NCBI GenBank assembly: GCA_965205335.1
Contig: OZ242164.1
Location: 1,120,001 to 1,184,000 of the forward strand
Source: Candidatus Woesearchaeota archaeon
GTDB taxonomy: Archaea > Nanobdellota > Nanobdellia > Woesearchaeales > UBA583
Length of the DNA stretch: 64,000 nucleotides
Direction: 5' to 3'
The notes under the pieces are model-generated. The model saw only the letters and a list, made by a program, of their open reading frames with translations. It was not told the origin of the DNA and made no database searches. Made by a program: the position numbers and the translations under genes. This document shows, piece by piece, positions 1 to 10,141 of the stretch. Every line of letters starts with the position of its first letter. The stretch's first letter is position 1.

Positions 1-620
1 ACATCAAAGTTTAATAAGGGTTCTAAGTCTTCTTCTTTAAAGTTTCGGGTGTCAATAAAGTCACCTGTGAAAACAATAAAATCAATATCTTCTGTGTTAA
101 TTATATTGTTGGACAATTCTTGTATTTCTTTAAGATGATAATCACCAATACTTCCATATTGAGGGTCTGTTATTTGAAGGATGTTATATTCTCTTGAAAC
201 TTTGTCTGACTGTATTTCGTATTTATGGGTTTTAATTGGCAGTTCAAATGTAATTATTGAGATTAAAACAATGATTGCAAGAAAAATAGTGAAACATTTT
301 CCTAAGCTAAATTTTAGTTTAATTTTAAAGAATTTAAGAGATATGTTAGTTATGTGATATATTAGGTAGACTGGCAGAGCAAGGGCTAAAATTCCTATAT
401 AATAGTTTGTGAGTTGAGATAGTGTGAAAAAGATTTTTCCTGAGCCAAATTCTCCAAATAGTATTAGAATGAATATGGATATTGAGACATACAAGGATAT
501 GAGGAATGCTTTTTTTTTGCCTTTGTAATATATTGTAATAATGCTCTTGTAAAAGAAATAATTTAAAAAACACCATACAGAAAAAAATAATGCGAAAAAT
601 ATGAGTACTCTTATATTCAT
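1..620 (-). CDS. membrane-anchored metallophosphoesterase (partial, runs off the window edge)
   Basis: Not in the ORF track. Read manually from ATG at 620: hydrophobic N-terminus, then ILQITDPQYG ... DFIVFTGDFID (calcineurin-like motifs I and II); frame stays open to position 1. Confidence 0.8.
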   Translation of the reverse strand, partial: MNIRVLIFFALFFSVWCFLNYFFYKSIITIYYKGKKKAFLISLYVSISIFILILFGEFGSGKIFFTLSQLTNYYIGILALALPVYLIYHITNISLKFFKIKLKFSLGKCFTIFLAIIVLISIITFELPIKTHKYEIQSDKVSREYNILQITDPQYGSIGDYHLKEIQELSNNIINTEDIDFIVFTGDFIDTRNFKEEDLEPLLNFD

Positions 621-623
621 TCT

Positions 624-1616
624 TTATACAGCAATTGGAGCTTTGATTGGAGATTGGGATTTGTAATTAGTAACTTCAAGGTCATCAAATTTAAAGTCTT
701 CAATTTTTTTCTGTCCTCTGTCTTTGATTATTAATTTTGGAGGGTTGAAACTTTCTCTTGATAATTGTTCTTTTACTTGTTCTATGTGGTTTAGATAGAT
801 GTGAACGTCTCCTCCTGTCCATACAAATTCACCTACTTCTAAGTTGCATATTTCTGCGATGATGTGAACGAGAAGTGAGTAGGATGCAATGTTAAATGGT
901 ACTCCTAAGAATGTGTCGCAGGATCTTTGGTATAATTGGGCAGATAGTTTTCCATCATTTACATAGAACTGGTATAAGCAGTGACAGGGTGGAAGTCCGG
1001 ATTTAACCATTTTGGGAACATCATTTGCATTCCAAGCTGAAACTATTAGTCTTCTTGAGTTTGGGTTTGTTTTAATTTGTTCTATTACATCTTTTATTTG
1101 ATCTACCCCATTGAAATCTCTCCATTGTTTTCCATAAACTGGTCCAAGTTCTCCCCATTTTTTGGAGAATTTGTCATCAGAGATAATTTTTGAGACAAAG
1201 TTTTTCATTTCCTCTTTCCATTCGTCCGAGTATTTTGGGAATTTTTTTTCTAATTTATTTTCTTTTAGATAATTCTGGAAGGGCCATTCGTTCCATATTC
1301 CAACTTTGTTCTCGCATAAGTAACGGATGTTAGTGTCTCCTCTTAGAAACCACAGGAGTTCATGAAATATTCCTTTGTAGAAAACTTTTTTGGTTGTAAG
1401 AAGTGGAAATCCTTTTGATAAGTCAAATCTCATCTGGTATCCAAAAATACTTATTGTTCCAACTCCTGTTCTGTCTCCTTTTTTATTTCCATTGTTTAAA
1501 ATGTGTTTTAGGAGTTTGTGATATTCTCTGTCAAAATCGTTTAAGTTGTTCATATCTTGGTTTAAGGGCGATTTCTTGTTTGGTTTTTTAATCATGTATA
1601 GTTTAGGTAATTTCAT
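624..1616 (-). CDS. thyA: thymidylate synthase (bacterial-type ThyA)
   Basis: [33 protein letters not shown] and [18 protein letters not shown] motifs; true start probably a downstream Met. Confidence 0.97.
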   Translation of the reverse strand: MKLPKLYMIKKPNKKSPLNQDMNNLNDFDREYHKLLKHILNNGNKKGDRTGVGTISIFGYQMRFDLSKGFPLLTTKKVFYKGIFHELLWFLRGDTNIRYLCENKVGIWNEWPFQNYLKENKLEKKFPKYSDEWKEEMKNFVSKIISDDKFSKKWGELGPVYGKQWRDFNGVDQIKDVIEQIKTNPNSRRLIVSAWNANDVPKMVKSGLPPCHCLYQFYVNDGKLSAQLYQRSCDTFLGVPFNIASYSLLVHIIAEICNLEVGEFVWTGGDVHIYLNHIEQVKEQLSRESFNPPKLIIKDRGQKKIEDFKFDDLEVTNYKSQSPIKAPIAV

Positions 1617-1848
1617 ATACGTAGTTAACTATTAATCCTTTATTAAATTTTTGTTGTGGGAATGTTTAAGTCTGTGAAAAGATGTAAGTTTTTTGAATTT
1701 AAGGACAGGAAAAGAAAAATATTTCATTTGATACATTTGAAATTAATTATATGTGTTTTTAGAATTATTTTTTTATTTTCTTTTAATTTTTAATAGAAAA
1801 ATAGAAAATAATAGTTAAATTCATAAATAATTAGATATTTATACATTT

Positions 1849-3058
1849 ATGATAATTCAATTTCAAACTAAAGAATTATGGTTCATATAAAGATGAACAA
1901 ATCCTCGATTTCACCAAGAAATCAAAAGAAAAAAGCGGAATTAAATCTGTTAATAAAATTAACAATCTCGAAATATTAAAAGTTGTAGGATTAGTTGGGG
2001 TTAATGGTTCAGGTAAGAGTTTATTACTCAAAGGACTGGACTTTATGAAAGCAATGGTTTTAAATTCACACGCTCATAATGTCAATACAAATATTAATTA
2101 CTTTCCTTTCTTAAACTATGATGGAAAACCAATTGAATTTGAAATTAATTTTATTGCAGAAAATAAAAAATACTCTTATGGATTTTCTTATACTAACAAA
2201 GAAATAATTACGGAATTTCTTGAAGTACATGAATCTCAAAAGCCAACAAGGGTATTTTTTAGAGATGAAAAGGACTTAGAAAATAGATTTAAGATTAACG
2301 AGAGATATAAAAGTGAGTTAAAGCCCTTATCTTATAATGTAATCTCTCAAACTTTAATGGTTTCAAGGGCGGTTCAATTGAATTCAAAAATTCTAAAGCC
2401 TGTGTTTGATTTCTTTAATAGAATAGTTGATATTCAGAATTTATTTAATGCTCCTGTGGATTTCTCTTTGCTAGAAGATAAAAAACAAAAGGAAAGTTTG
2501 TTAGATAAATTATCTTATGCAGACTTTTCAGTTTACGATTTAGAGTTAGTTAAAGAGAAAATAAAACAAGTTTCTCTGTTAGAGATTAATGTTGGCAATA
2601 AACCAGATATTAAAAAAAATATCCAAGAAATAGATATAAGTAATTTGTTATTGTTTCATGAGAACGATAAAAAAAATATAAAAGTTAAATTTAACTTTGA
2701 ATCAACTGGAACTCAAAAGTTTATTCTAATATTTTACAATCTATTAAAATTGTCAGAAGATTCAATTATATTGTTTGATGAAATTGAGAACTCTTTTAAT
2801 ATTGAGATAGTGGAATATATAATAAAATACTTTAATAAAAGTAAGAGTAACCAACTTTTATTTACAACTCATCAACCAGATATTTTAAATTATTTAAGAT
2901 CTGACCAAATTAATATTATTGAGAAAAAAAATAGTGTGAGTGAGATAATTAACTTACATAAAATAGTCAAGAACAACCCCAAAATTAACAAGAACTACGG
3001 AGATTATTACAGAGAAGGAGTTTTAGGGGGTTTTCCAAATGTCTATAAAGAAGATTAA
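1849..3058 (+). pseudogene. AAA_21/RloA-like ABC-type ATPase with a +1 frameshift near 1861 (or a sequencing error)
   Basis: Walker A GVNGSGKS lies in frame upstream of the track ORF start (2045); ESTGTQK signature, DEIENSF Walker B, FTTH. ATG at 1849 joins this frame only if one base is removed near 1861, giving MIIQFKLKNYGSYKDE. Confidence 0.75.
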
Positions 3059-3536
3059 AAAAATAATTCAAATATATTGTGAAGGCATTTCTGAAAAAAA
3101 TTATTTTGAAGCACTAAAAGGTAATAATACAATTAGTGAATCTTATGTTCTAAAACCAAATTCAAGTGAAAAAGATTTGAATAATGCAATTAAGAAATAT
3201 GAGAGTGAAAAGCCTAATAAGGAATCTAGATTAAGTGGTGTTGACATTATAGGAGTATTTGTTTATGACTCAGATACATTTAATTTAGGTCTTAAAATAA
3301 TAAGTGAGAAAATTGAAAAATATAAAGAACAAATATATTTTAGTGAAGAGAATTTTGAAGATTTTTTAAGATGTCACAAAACTACAAGATTTTATCGTGA
3401 TAGAAAACCTCATTTAAGTAGGGAACTGATTGAAGAGATAAGAAATCTTGATTCTGAATATGTTAGAAGAAATTTAAATAAACCTAATAGATTTAGCGAT
3501 TTCAAATCTATTAGGTTTATTAATAGAATTATTTGA
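3039..3536 (+). CDS. RloB-like (TOPRIM-like) protein
   Basis: IYCEGISEKNYF and VYDSD motifs; overlaps the end of the ATPase gene. Confidence 0.75.
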   Translation: MSIKKIKKIIQIYCEGISEKNYFEALKGNNTISESYVLKPNSSEKDLNNAIKKYESEKPNKESRLSGVDIIGVFVYDSDTFNLGLKIISEKIEKYKEQIYFSEENFEDFLRCHKTTRFYRDRKPHLSRELIEEIRNLDSEYVRRNLNKPNRFSDFKSIRFINRII

Positions 3537-3563
3537 AGGGAAATTATGAAAAATTAATTTTAA

Positions 3564-4568
3564 CTATTTTTCATTTGAAATTATTCTTTTTGGGTAGACT
3601 CCTATGTCCATGAAAGTTTTATGTGTTTTAATAAAGAGCCCTTTTTCTTTGTTCATTACATCCCTGCTTGTTAAAAGAGATTCTCCTATTGCAATTAGTT
3701 CCCCTTTTAATGAGAATATAGCAACTTCTTCACCAATTTGTATTCCATCATCTAATTTGGAAACTCCTGGTATTGCTAAATTGTGCCCGTGAGATAGAGA
3801 GTCAATGCAGTTATCAAAGACATATACTTTTCTGAATTCTTTTAATATTTCTTCCATTGGTCTTATGTATTTGCAAAGTTCTTTTTCAATAATTTCGTTT
3901 TCGTTTTTAACTTCTTTATGTAACTCCCATAAATTGCGTAATTTATCTAAACTAATTATATTGTCAGATTCCGTAAAGGGACCTGCTTTAATGCGTCTTA
4001 GTTCAATCATCTGACCGCCAACTTTTAATGATTCAGCCATATCAGAACAAAGTTTTCTTATGTAAGTTCCATGCTGGCAGGATACTTCAAATAAAATGTA
4101 TTTGTTATCATCTGTTTTGTCAAGAATTTTTAGAGAATATATTTCTCTTTCACGCTCTTCTCGTTTTACCGCACTAATTATTGGAGGGGTTTGTTTAATT
4201 CTGCCCGTAAATTTATTAAAGACTTGGTTTAAATTCTCATCAGATACTTCTTTGTGCAGATACATAAGGCATATGTAAACTTTATCTGATTTAAGCATGT
4301 ATTCCATTAAACGTGTTGCTCTGCCTAAACCAATTACTAAAACTCCGCTAACTTTTGGGTCAAGTGTGCCAGAGTGTCCTGCTTTATCACATCCAAGTAA
4401 ATTGCAAATAAAATCAGCATTTTGATGAGAGGTAGAACCACAGTCTTTATCAATAATAACAAAACCTCTTTTAATCAATTCATAGATATTTAATTTGGTG
4501 ACATATTGTCCATAAGAGTCATTTGTTTCTTCAATGGATTTTATTAGGAGTTTAGAGCCTGATTTCAT
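3564..4568 (-). CDS. cbf5: Cbf5/TruB pseudouridine synthase
   Basis: GHSGTLDPKVSGVL, GTYIRKLC and a C-terminal PUA domain. Confidence 0.95.
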   Translation of the reverse strand: MKSGSKLLIKSIEETNDSYGQYVTKLNIYELIKRGFVIIDKDCGSTSHQNADFICNLLGCDKAGHSGTLDPKVSGVLVIGLGRATRLMEYMLKSDKVYICLMYLHKEVSDENLNQVFNKFTGRIKQTPPIISAVKREEREREIYSLKILDKTDDNKYILFEVSCQHGTYIRKLCSDMAESLKVGGQMIELRRIKAGPFTESDNIISLDKLRNLWELHKEVKNENEIIEKELCKYIRPMEEILKEFRKVYVFDNCIDSLSHGHNLAIPGVSKLDDGIQIGEEVAIFSLKGELIAIGESLLTSRDVMNKEKGLFIKTHKTFMDIGVYPKRIISNEK

Positions 4569-4619
4569 AAATAATGCAAAGAGAATTCTTTTATAAGGTT
4601 TACTTAACAGGAAAAACAG

Positions 4620-4638
4620 GAAAACAAGATTTATAAAT
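4620..4638 (+). promoter_or_regulatory. archaeal BRE/TATA promoter (example of a pattern that recurs across the window)
   Basis: Purine-rich run followed by TTTATAAA, ending ~22 nt before ATG 4660; spacing implies a leaderless transcript. Confidence 0.55.
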
Positions 4639-4659
4639 GCGATTTCACTTTTTATTTTT

Positions 4660-5181
4660 ATGTTCTATAAAATTAAATTGAAAGATTACGTGGATTTAAG
4701 CCCTGATTTGTTTAAAGGAGATTTGAATGAGTCAGTTAGGGAACAATTGCTAAGAAATTATAAGAATAAGACAACAGAGGATTTGGGAATGGTTGTTACA
4801 ATTGATAGTGTGGATGATGTTGGAGAGGGTTTTAAATTGCCAGAAGATGCTTCAAGGCATTATGTGGTTGAGTTTACAGCTATTGTTTATAAACCTGAAC
4901 TTCATGAAGTTGTTGAGGGTGAGGTTAGCAGTGTTACAAATTTTGGGATGTTTGTTAATCTTGGAATTATTGATGGATTAGTTCATTTGTCTCAGACTAT
5001 GGTAGATCAGGTATCTTTTAGTAAGACAGGAAGTATTTTAGGAGCTCAGAGTGGACAGACACTAAAAGCGGGAGATCAAGTTAGAGCAAGTGTTGTTGCA
5101 ATTTCGTTTAAGGATATTAGAGATGTTAAGGTTGGTTTAACTATGAGACAACCTGGGTTGGGGGCTCTTGATTGGTTATAA
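4660..5181 (+). CDS. rpo7: RNA polymerase subunit E' (Rpo7)
   Basis: S1 domain EVVEGEV..FGMFVNLGIIDGLVHLSQ; C-terminal KVGLTMRQPGLG. Confidence 0.95.
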   Translation: MFYKIKLKDYVDLSPDLFKGDLNESVREQLLRNYKNKTTEDLGMVVTIDSVDDVGEGFKLPEDASRHYVVEFTAIVYKPELHEVVEGEVSSVTNFGMFVNLGIIDGLVHLSQTMVDQVSFSKTGSILGAQSGQTLKAGDQVRASVVAISFKDIRDVKVGLTMRQPGLGALDWL

Positions 5182-5182
5182 A

Positions 5183-5371
5183 ATGGCAGGTAAAAATGTT
5201 TGTAAGGAATGTGGATATTTTACAGATGATAAAAAATGTCCTTCATGTGGAAGTTCTGGGTTTGCTGAAAAACACAAAGGTGCAGTTCTTATTTTTGATT
5301 TAGATGAATCAGAAGTTGCAAAGAAGATTAATGCAGAACTATCAGGGAAGTATGCCCTAAAATTTAATTGA
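5183..5371 (+). CDS. spt4: Spt4 / RpoE'' transcription elongation factor
   Basis: CKEC..CPSC zinc ribbon, SEVAKK..GKYAL; follows rpo7. Confidence 0.9.
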   Translation: MAGKNVCKECGYFTDDKKCPSCGSSGFAEKHKGAVLIFDLDESEVAKKINAELSGKYALKFN

Positions 5372-5865
5372 TTTCTATGATAAAATCTAATTTTAATTTC
5401 ACTAAATTGAAAACTTCTAAGGTTAAGGAGTTATTAGGTAGTCTGGAAGTAATTTATGGATGTAAGTTAGATGAGTTGTATTCTTATGATTTTTTTATAA
5501 ATTCTAAAAATAAGGTGTATGTGTTTAGCGGTAATTTAAATGGTTTTGATATGAAAAGAGTTAATTTAATTGGTTTGTATTTTGGGACTTATCATAGTGA
5601 TTCTAAGTTTCGTTTGAGTATTGAGGGTAGTAAGTTTGTTAATCCAAAGAAGAATTTTGTTGTTTTAAAGGAGAAGTTTTTGAAAAATTATTTAGCGTCA
5701 GAAAATTTGTTTTTAGAGGAGATTGAAGAGGACAAGTCGCAGGAGAGTGTTTTTTTGATTGTTAAGTGCTCTGGTGAGAATTTAGGTTGCGTTTCTAAGA
5801 AAGAGAATTTGTATATTAATTATATTCCCAAGTCAAGAAAACTTGAGTTTAATAGGGTTTTTTAA
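5368..5865 (+). CDS. RsmF/NIP7-like pre-PUA domain protein (putative)
   Basis: GLYFG..FRLSIEGS motif; RNA-processing neighbourhood. Confidence 0.5.
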   Translation: MISMIKSNFNFTKLKTSKVKELLGSLEVIYGCKLDELYSYDFFINSKNKVYVFSGNLNGFDMKRVNLIGLYFGTYHSDSKFRLSIEGSKFVNPKKNFVVLKEKFLKNYLASENLFLEEIEEDKSQESVFLIVKCSGENLGCVSKKENLYINYIPKSRKLEFNRVF

Positions 5866-5906
5866 TTTAGATAATTTTTTAAATTTGGGATTTTATGTAT
5901 TTATAA

Positions 5907-6209
5907 ATGAAAAATAAAGAACGCAAGAGTCTTCAATTGAAATATGCAAGGGAGAATATTAATTTTTTTTTTAGATTGCTTGAGAAAAGGTTTTGTGCTG
6001 AGTATGATAAGATGTATGTTCGTGAGATAAAGAGGTTGTCTGAGGGATTTAATATAAGGTTGAGCCGAGAGGAGAAATTAAAATTTTGTAAGAGGTGTAA
6101 TTTGTACTGGGATTCTAAGTCGCATGAAATCAGATTTGATTCAGATAGTAATGTAAAGGAGTATATTTGCAAGAATTGTTCATATGTTAGAAGGTTTAGG
6201 TATAAGTGA
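5907..6209 (+). CDS. rnp4: RNase P protein Rpp21
   Basis: ARENI, KLKFCKRC and CKNC..VRRF zinc ribbon. Confidence 0.8.
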   Translation: MKNKERKSLQLKYARENINFFFRLLEKRFCAEYDKMYVREIKRLSEGFNIRLSREEKLKFCKRCNLYWDSKSHEIRFDSDSNVKEYICKNCSYVRRFRYK

Positions 6210-6235
6210 TAATTTAGGAGTTTATTTTTGATATT

Positions 6236-7021
6236 TTGGTTTTTGTCAAATTCTTAATGTTTATAAAAAGGAAAATCTTAGCAAAAGTTATGTATACATT
6301 AGTTGAGTATAATTCTGATTGTGAATTTTTAATGTCTGAACTGGAGAGGTATAAGCAGATTCCTTTTGCTATGTTTAGGTTAAGTCTTAATGGGAAGGAA
6401 AATATTAAAAGTCAGTTGAGGAAGATTCGTGAGATTAGAGATAAGATTGATGCCCAATTCTTTGCAGTATGTGTAAGTGTTGAGAAATTGGAGAATTCCT
6501 CTATTGGGATAATAAATCAGTTAAAGCAGGAATTTGATTTGGTGATTGGGCTTGGGGGAACAAATAAGATAAATAGGTTTTTTTTAGAGAATACTCAAAT
6601 TGATTTTCTTGCAGATCCTCATAATAGTATTTCCAAGTTAAAGATTGATTTTATTCATCATTTTAATTCAGGTTTGAATCAAGTATTGTGCAAGATAGCA
6701 AAGGAGAAGAAGATAGGTTTGCTTTTTTCATTAAATTTTACAGAAGAGAGAACAAAGAATATTTTAAGGGAGTTTGGAAGGATTAATCAGAATGTAAGGT
6801 TTGCAAGAAAATATGGGTTGCCTATTTATATAAATTTTATTGTTGAGAGAAAAGAGCATGTTAAATCTATTAATCAGATAAAGGCTATGAGTTCAATTTT
6901 TGATGTTTCAAATGAACAAAGGATGCAGACAGTTAATGTTTTAGAGCAGAGAGTTAAAGAGAATAGGTTTAAGAAATCACCAGATTATATTTCTGATGGG
7001 ATTAGAGTAGCGAAGAATTAG
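6236..7021 (+). CDS. rnp3: RNase P protein Rpp30
   Basis: GGTNKINRFFLE, SGLNQVLCKIAKEK and QNVRFARKY; true start probably ATG 6290. Confidence 0.75.
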   Translation: MVFVKFLMFIKRKILAKVMYTLVEYNSDCEFLMSELERYKQIPFAMFRLSLNGKENIKSQLRKIREIRDKIDAQFFAVCVSVEKLENSSIGIINQLKQEFDLVIGLGGTNKINRFFLENTQIDFLADPHNSISKLKIDFIHHFNSGLNQVLCKIAKEKKIGLLFSLNFTEERTKNILREFGRINQNVRFARKYGLPIYINFIVERKEHVKSINQIKAMSSIFDVSNEQRMQTVNVLEQRVKENRFKKSPDYISDGIRVAKN

Positions 7022-7082
7022 AGAATAGTAATAAATTCATATCTTCGTTAATCTTTTAAAAGGCAGGGTAATCTTATTATAT

Positions 7083-7862
7083 ATGCTGTACACAAAAGAA
7101 GGGTATCCTCAGGTAAATGAAATTGTTTTATGCATTGTAAGAAAGATAACTTCTAATACTACTTTTGTAAATATTCCCGAGTATGAAAAGGAAGGAGTTA
7201 TTACTATTTCTGAAATTGCCCCAGGGAGAATCAGGAATTTAAGAAATTATGTTATAGAGGGGAAAACAATTGTCTGTAAGGTTTTAAGGGTTGATGAAAT
7301 TCATAGAAGAATTGATGTGTCTTTGAGAAGAGTTCCAATTAAGGTTATGAAGGATAAACTTGAAGAGATTAAAAAAGAGAGTTATGCTGAGAGAGTTTAT
7401 TTGGATATTGCAAAGGAATTAAGTTCAGATAAGGATAAACTTTTTGAAAAGACATATGAACCTATTTTTGAGAATTATGAGACAGTATTTGAAGCTATGT
7501 ACGATATAATGCTTGATGATAAGAAGGCTGATATGTTTATAGATCTTAATGAAAATGAGAAAGAAGTGTTTGTTAGAATTATTAATGATAGGATTAAACC
7601 AGAGGAGGTTATTTTTAAAGAGAAGTTTGAATTGACATCTACAAATGAAAATGGGGCCTGGTTAATAAGGGATTCTATTAGTAATTCGTTAGAACCTTTA
7701 AATTATGATAAGTTTGAGGTTTATTATCTGGCGGCAGGAAAGTTTGGAGTAACTATAATTCATGATGATATTAAGTCAGCTCAGAAATTGTTTAATAGTT
7801 TTAGAGATAATCTTCTAAAGGAAGCTAAAGGGCATGATTTAAGGATTAATATTTCTCAATAG
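7083..7862 (+). CDS. eif2a: translation initiation factor aIF-2 alpha
   Basis: S1 domain with ISEIAPGRIRNLR..VCKVLRVD..IDVSLRRV. Confidence 0.92.
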   Translation: MLYTKEGYPQVNEIVLCIVRKITSNTTFVNIPEYEKEGVITISEIAPGRIRNLRNYVIEGKTIVCKVLRVDEIHRRIDVSLRRVPIKVMKDKLEEIKKESYAERVYLDIAKELSSDKDKLFEKTYEPIFENYETVFEAMYDIMLDDKKADMFIDLNENEKEVFVRIINDRIKPEEVIFKEKFELTSTNENGAWLIRDSISNSLEPLNYDKFEVYYLAAGKFGVTIIHDDIKSAQKLFNSFRDNLLKEAKGHDLRINISQ

Positions 7863-7863
7863 A

Positions 7864-8574
7864 TTATTTTAGATTAATTTTGAATAATTTGTTTTCCCAT
7901 AAGTCATATTTTATTAGTTTGTTTTCTTTTATTTTTAAGAAATATTTTAAGGTCTGATTATAGCATAAACAAGCGCAGGCAAATGTGGTGGATGCTAACA
8001 CTCCAACATCACAACATTTTTCATCTTCAATTTCTTTTGGGAATGTTTTTTGAAATAGATTATCATCAGAATAAAATATGCAACTAATGAATTGTGTTTT
8101 AATTGCTCCATTGTATATCCAGTCTTTTTTATTTTGGATGCAGTATTTGTTTATGGTTTGTCTTGTTTCAAAGTTATCAGTGCAGTCAATTATAAGATTA
8201 CATTTTAAGCACATTTTGGAAATGTTCTCTTCATCTAAGAAAGTGCAAAAGGATTCAATTTTAGCGTTTGAATCAATTTTTTTGAGTTTTTTTTTAAGCG
8301 TATCTGATTTGAATTGTCCTATGTCATCTTCTTCAAAGTTCTGTCTTTGTAAGTTGGTTTCATCAATTAAATCACTGTCAATAATTGTCAGGTTCAGAAA
8401 TCCTCCCCTAGCTAAGAGTTCACATAAAACACTTCCAATACCTCCGCATCCCACAACTACAATCTTCTTATCTTTTATTGTTTTGGAAAAGTCCTCAGGG
8501 ATGAAATTAAGTTGTTCTTGGCGTGAATATCTCATAGAGATATGAATTAAATAAGTTTTATAAAGTCTTTGCAA
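7864..8574 (-). CDS. ThiF/MoeB/UbaA family adenylyltransferase (E1-like)
   Basis: RYSRQ, GCGGIG, TNLQRQ and DCTDNFETR; lacks the usual CxxC zinc motifs; likely start at MRYSRQ. Confidence 0.88.
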   Translation of the reverse strand: MQRLYKTYLIHISMRYSRQEQLNFIPEDFSKTIKDKKIVVVGCGGIGSVLCELLARGGFLNLTIIDSDLIDETNLQRQNFEEDDIGQFKSDTLKKKLKKIDSNAKIESFCTFLDEENISKMCLKCNLIIDCTDNFETRQTINKYCIQNKKDWIYNGAIKTQFISCIFYSDDNLFQKTFPKEIEDEKCCDVGVLASTTFACACLCYNQTLKYFLKIKENKLIKYDLWENKLFKINLK

Positions 8575-9084
8575 TTACACTTAATTATGAATGAGACAAT
8601 TAATGAGTCTGTTAATGAGACAATTGCTCAGATTCCTCAGGTTTTAGGGGTAAGTGTTGATGTGCCGCTAACTTTTCATCCTGCGGTGGATATTTTTTTT
8701 TTAACAGTTATAACTGCTTTGTTTACAACAATTATTAGGAAGTATTTAACAGATCAGGCTCATATAAGAGCGTTAAAAAAGGATATGAAAGAACTTCAAA
8801 AGAAGATGCGTGATGTTATGAAAAAAGACCCCAAGAAGGCTCAGAAACTTCAAAAGGAGGTTATGAAAAAGAATTTAGAGAATATGAAAAATGAGATGAA
8901 TCCTAAAATCATGCTTACGACAATGATTCCTCTTTTGTTTGTGTTTTTTCTTGTAAGGAAATTATATGAACCATCAGGTGATATTCTATTTTTAGGGTTT
9001 ACTGAGTTTACATGGCTTGGGACATATATTGTATTTTCAATAATTAATTCAATTGTTATTAAGAAAGTTCTAAAAGTTGCGTAA
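8569..9084 (+). CDS. DUF106 / EMC3-TMCO1 (Oxa1 superfamily) membrane insertase
   Basis: TM helix, Met/Lys-rich coiled coil, TMIPLL, then WLGTYIVFSI. Confidence 0.85.
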   Translation: MQLHLIMNETINESVNETIAQIPQVLGVSVDVPLTFHPAVDIFFLTVITALFTTIIRKYLTDQAHIRALKKDMKELQKKMRDVMKKDPKKAQKLQKEVMKKNLENMKNEMNPKIMLTTMIPLLFVFFLVRKLYEPSGDILFLGFTEFTWLGTYIVFSIINSIVIKKVLKVA

Positions 9085-9130
9085 GGCTTTTGAATTTAAT
9101 TTTTAAGTGGTTTGAGAAGAGTTGTGTTTT

Positions 9131-9583
9131 GAGTTGTTAAGTTAACGTCACTTGATTACTGTATGCAATGACAAAAAGCCTATATAAAAATTATAAGAAA
9201 AAATATAAGAAAAATGATTATAATAGCAACAGCAGTTATTCGGGGAGAATAATCAGAATATAAATCTAAGTCTTTATATGTTTCATGATACCTATTTGGA
9301 TGTCTTAATCTTAAATGTGTTTCATTATCTGGGAATAGCTCTAAATTTTCAATCTTATTATCTGTTTTATTATGATTTATATGATGTACTACTTCTTTTG
9401 GTTTTAATTTTCTTCTCAGGTGTTTCTCCATTTTCCAACGATGGACAAGCTTACCACTATCCTTAAATTGCTCATACTCATTCTCATTAATTTCAATTTT
9501 GTCTTTAAATGTCGTTATTATTTAGTAGTAATTTATTATTTATAAAATTTATGTTAATATAGATAACGCTAACTTAACAACCC
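9131..9583. mobile_element. segment bounded by 18-bp inverted repeats that encloses an HNH gene
   Basis: GAGTTGTTAAGTTAACGT (9131-9148) versus the reverse complement of 9566-9583, GGGTTGTTAAGTTAGCGT; 16/18 match; no clear TSD. Confidence 0.5.
9180..9431 (-). CDS. HNH endonuclease domain with a C-terminal transmembrane helix
   Basis: EVVHHINHNKTDNKIENL; frame stays open upstream (YEQFKDSGKLVHRWK) with no ATG, so the original start may be lost. Confidence 0.75.
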   Translation of the reverse strand: MEKHLRRKLKPKEVVHHINHNKTDNKIENLELFPDNETHLRLRHPNRYHETYKDLDLYSDYSPRITAVAIIIIFLIFFLIIFI

Positions 9584-9591
9584 AAGTTTTA

Positions 9592-10092
9592 GTGTGTAAA
9601 CGGGTGACATATGTCACCACCCTAAAAATTAACAAGACTTGTTAATTTTATGGAAAAATACGAGATTAGGAAAGTTTTCATAAAACTAAGAGTTAAACAA
9701 AACTCTTATTCTAAATGCAAGAAAATACTTGCTGAGAAGTGCAAATACTTTGTAAGTATTCGTACTTTAAAACGTTGATAACAACGTTTTAATAAAGAAA
9801 TATGGAATTATCAAGATAAGTCTACGAGACCAAATAAGATCTATTACAAAGTTACTTTAGAAACTGAGAAAGCAATTTTAAATCCTCGATATAGAACTGA
9901 TTGGAGGAGCTAGAAAGCTTCATAAATTCCAACTAATCAGGATATTTCAGAGATAACCATTAATAGAGTTATTTAGGTATAGATACAATGTTTTTAGGCC
10001 TCATCAGAGCTTATTTGTTCAAACTCCTTCTTATGAGTTTGACAACTTTCAGAGAAAGTTGAGGTGGTGACATATGTCATCCGTTTACACAC
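9592..10092 (+). mobile_element. degenerate IS481-like element (non-autonomous relic)
   Basis: 30-bp terminal inverted repeats GTGTGTAAACGGGTGACATATGTCACCACC (1 mismatch), flanked by direct repeat AGTTTTA; internal stop-interrupted HTH remnant from ATG 9650 (VSIRTLKR**..DKSTRPNKI..ETEKAIL). Confidence 0.8.
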
Positions 10093-10141
10093 AGTTTTAG
10101 TTTAATTTATAAAGAGATAGTGATTATTTTTAGGTATTAGA

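Noticed and set aside
346-576. 76-aa track ORF
   Set aside because: Off-frame shadow of the real metallophosphoesterase gene (1-620, minus strand)
9131-9583. Integron cassette suggested by GTTAAGT/ACTTAAC core-like sites
   Set aside because: No attC-sized palindrome; the sites are better explained as part of the 18-bp inverted repeat
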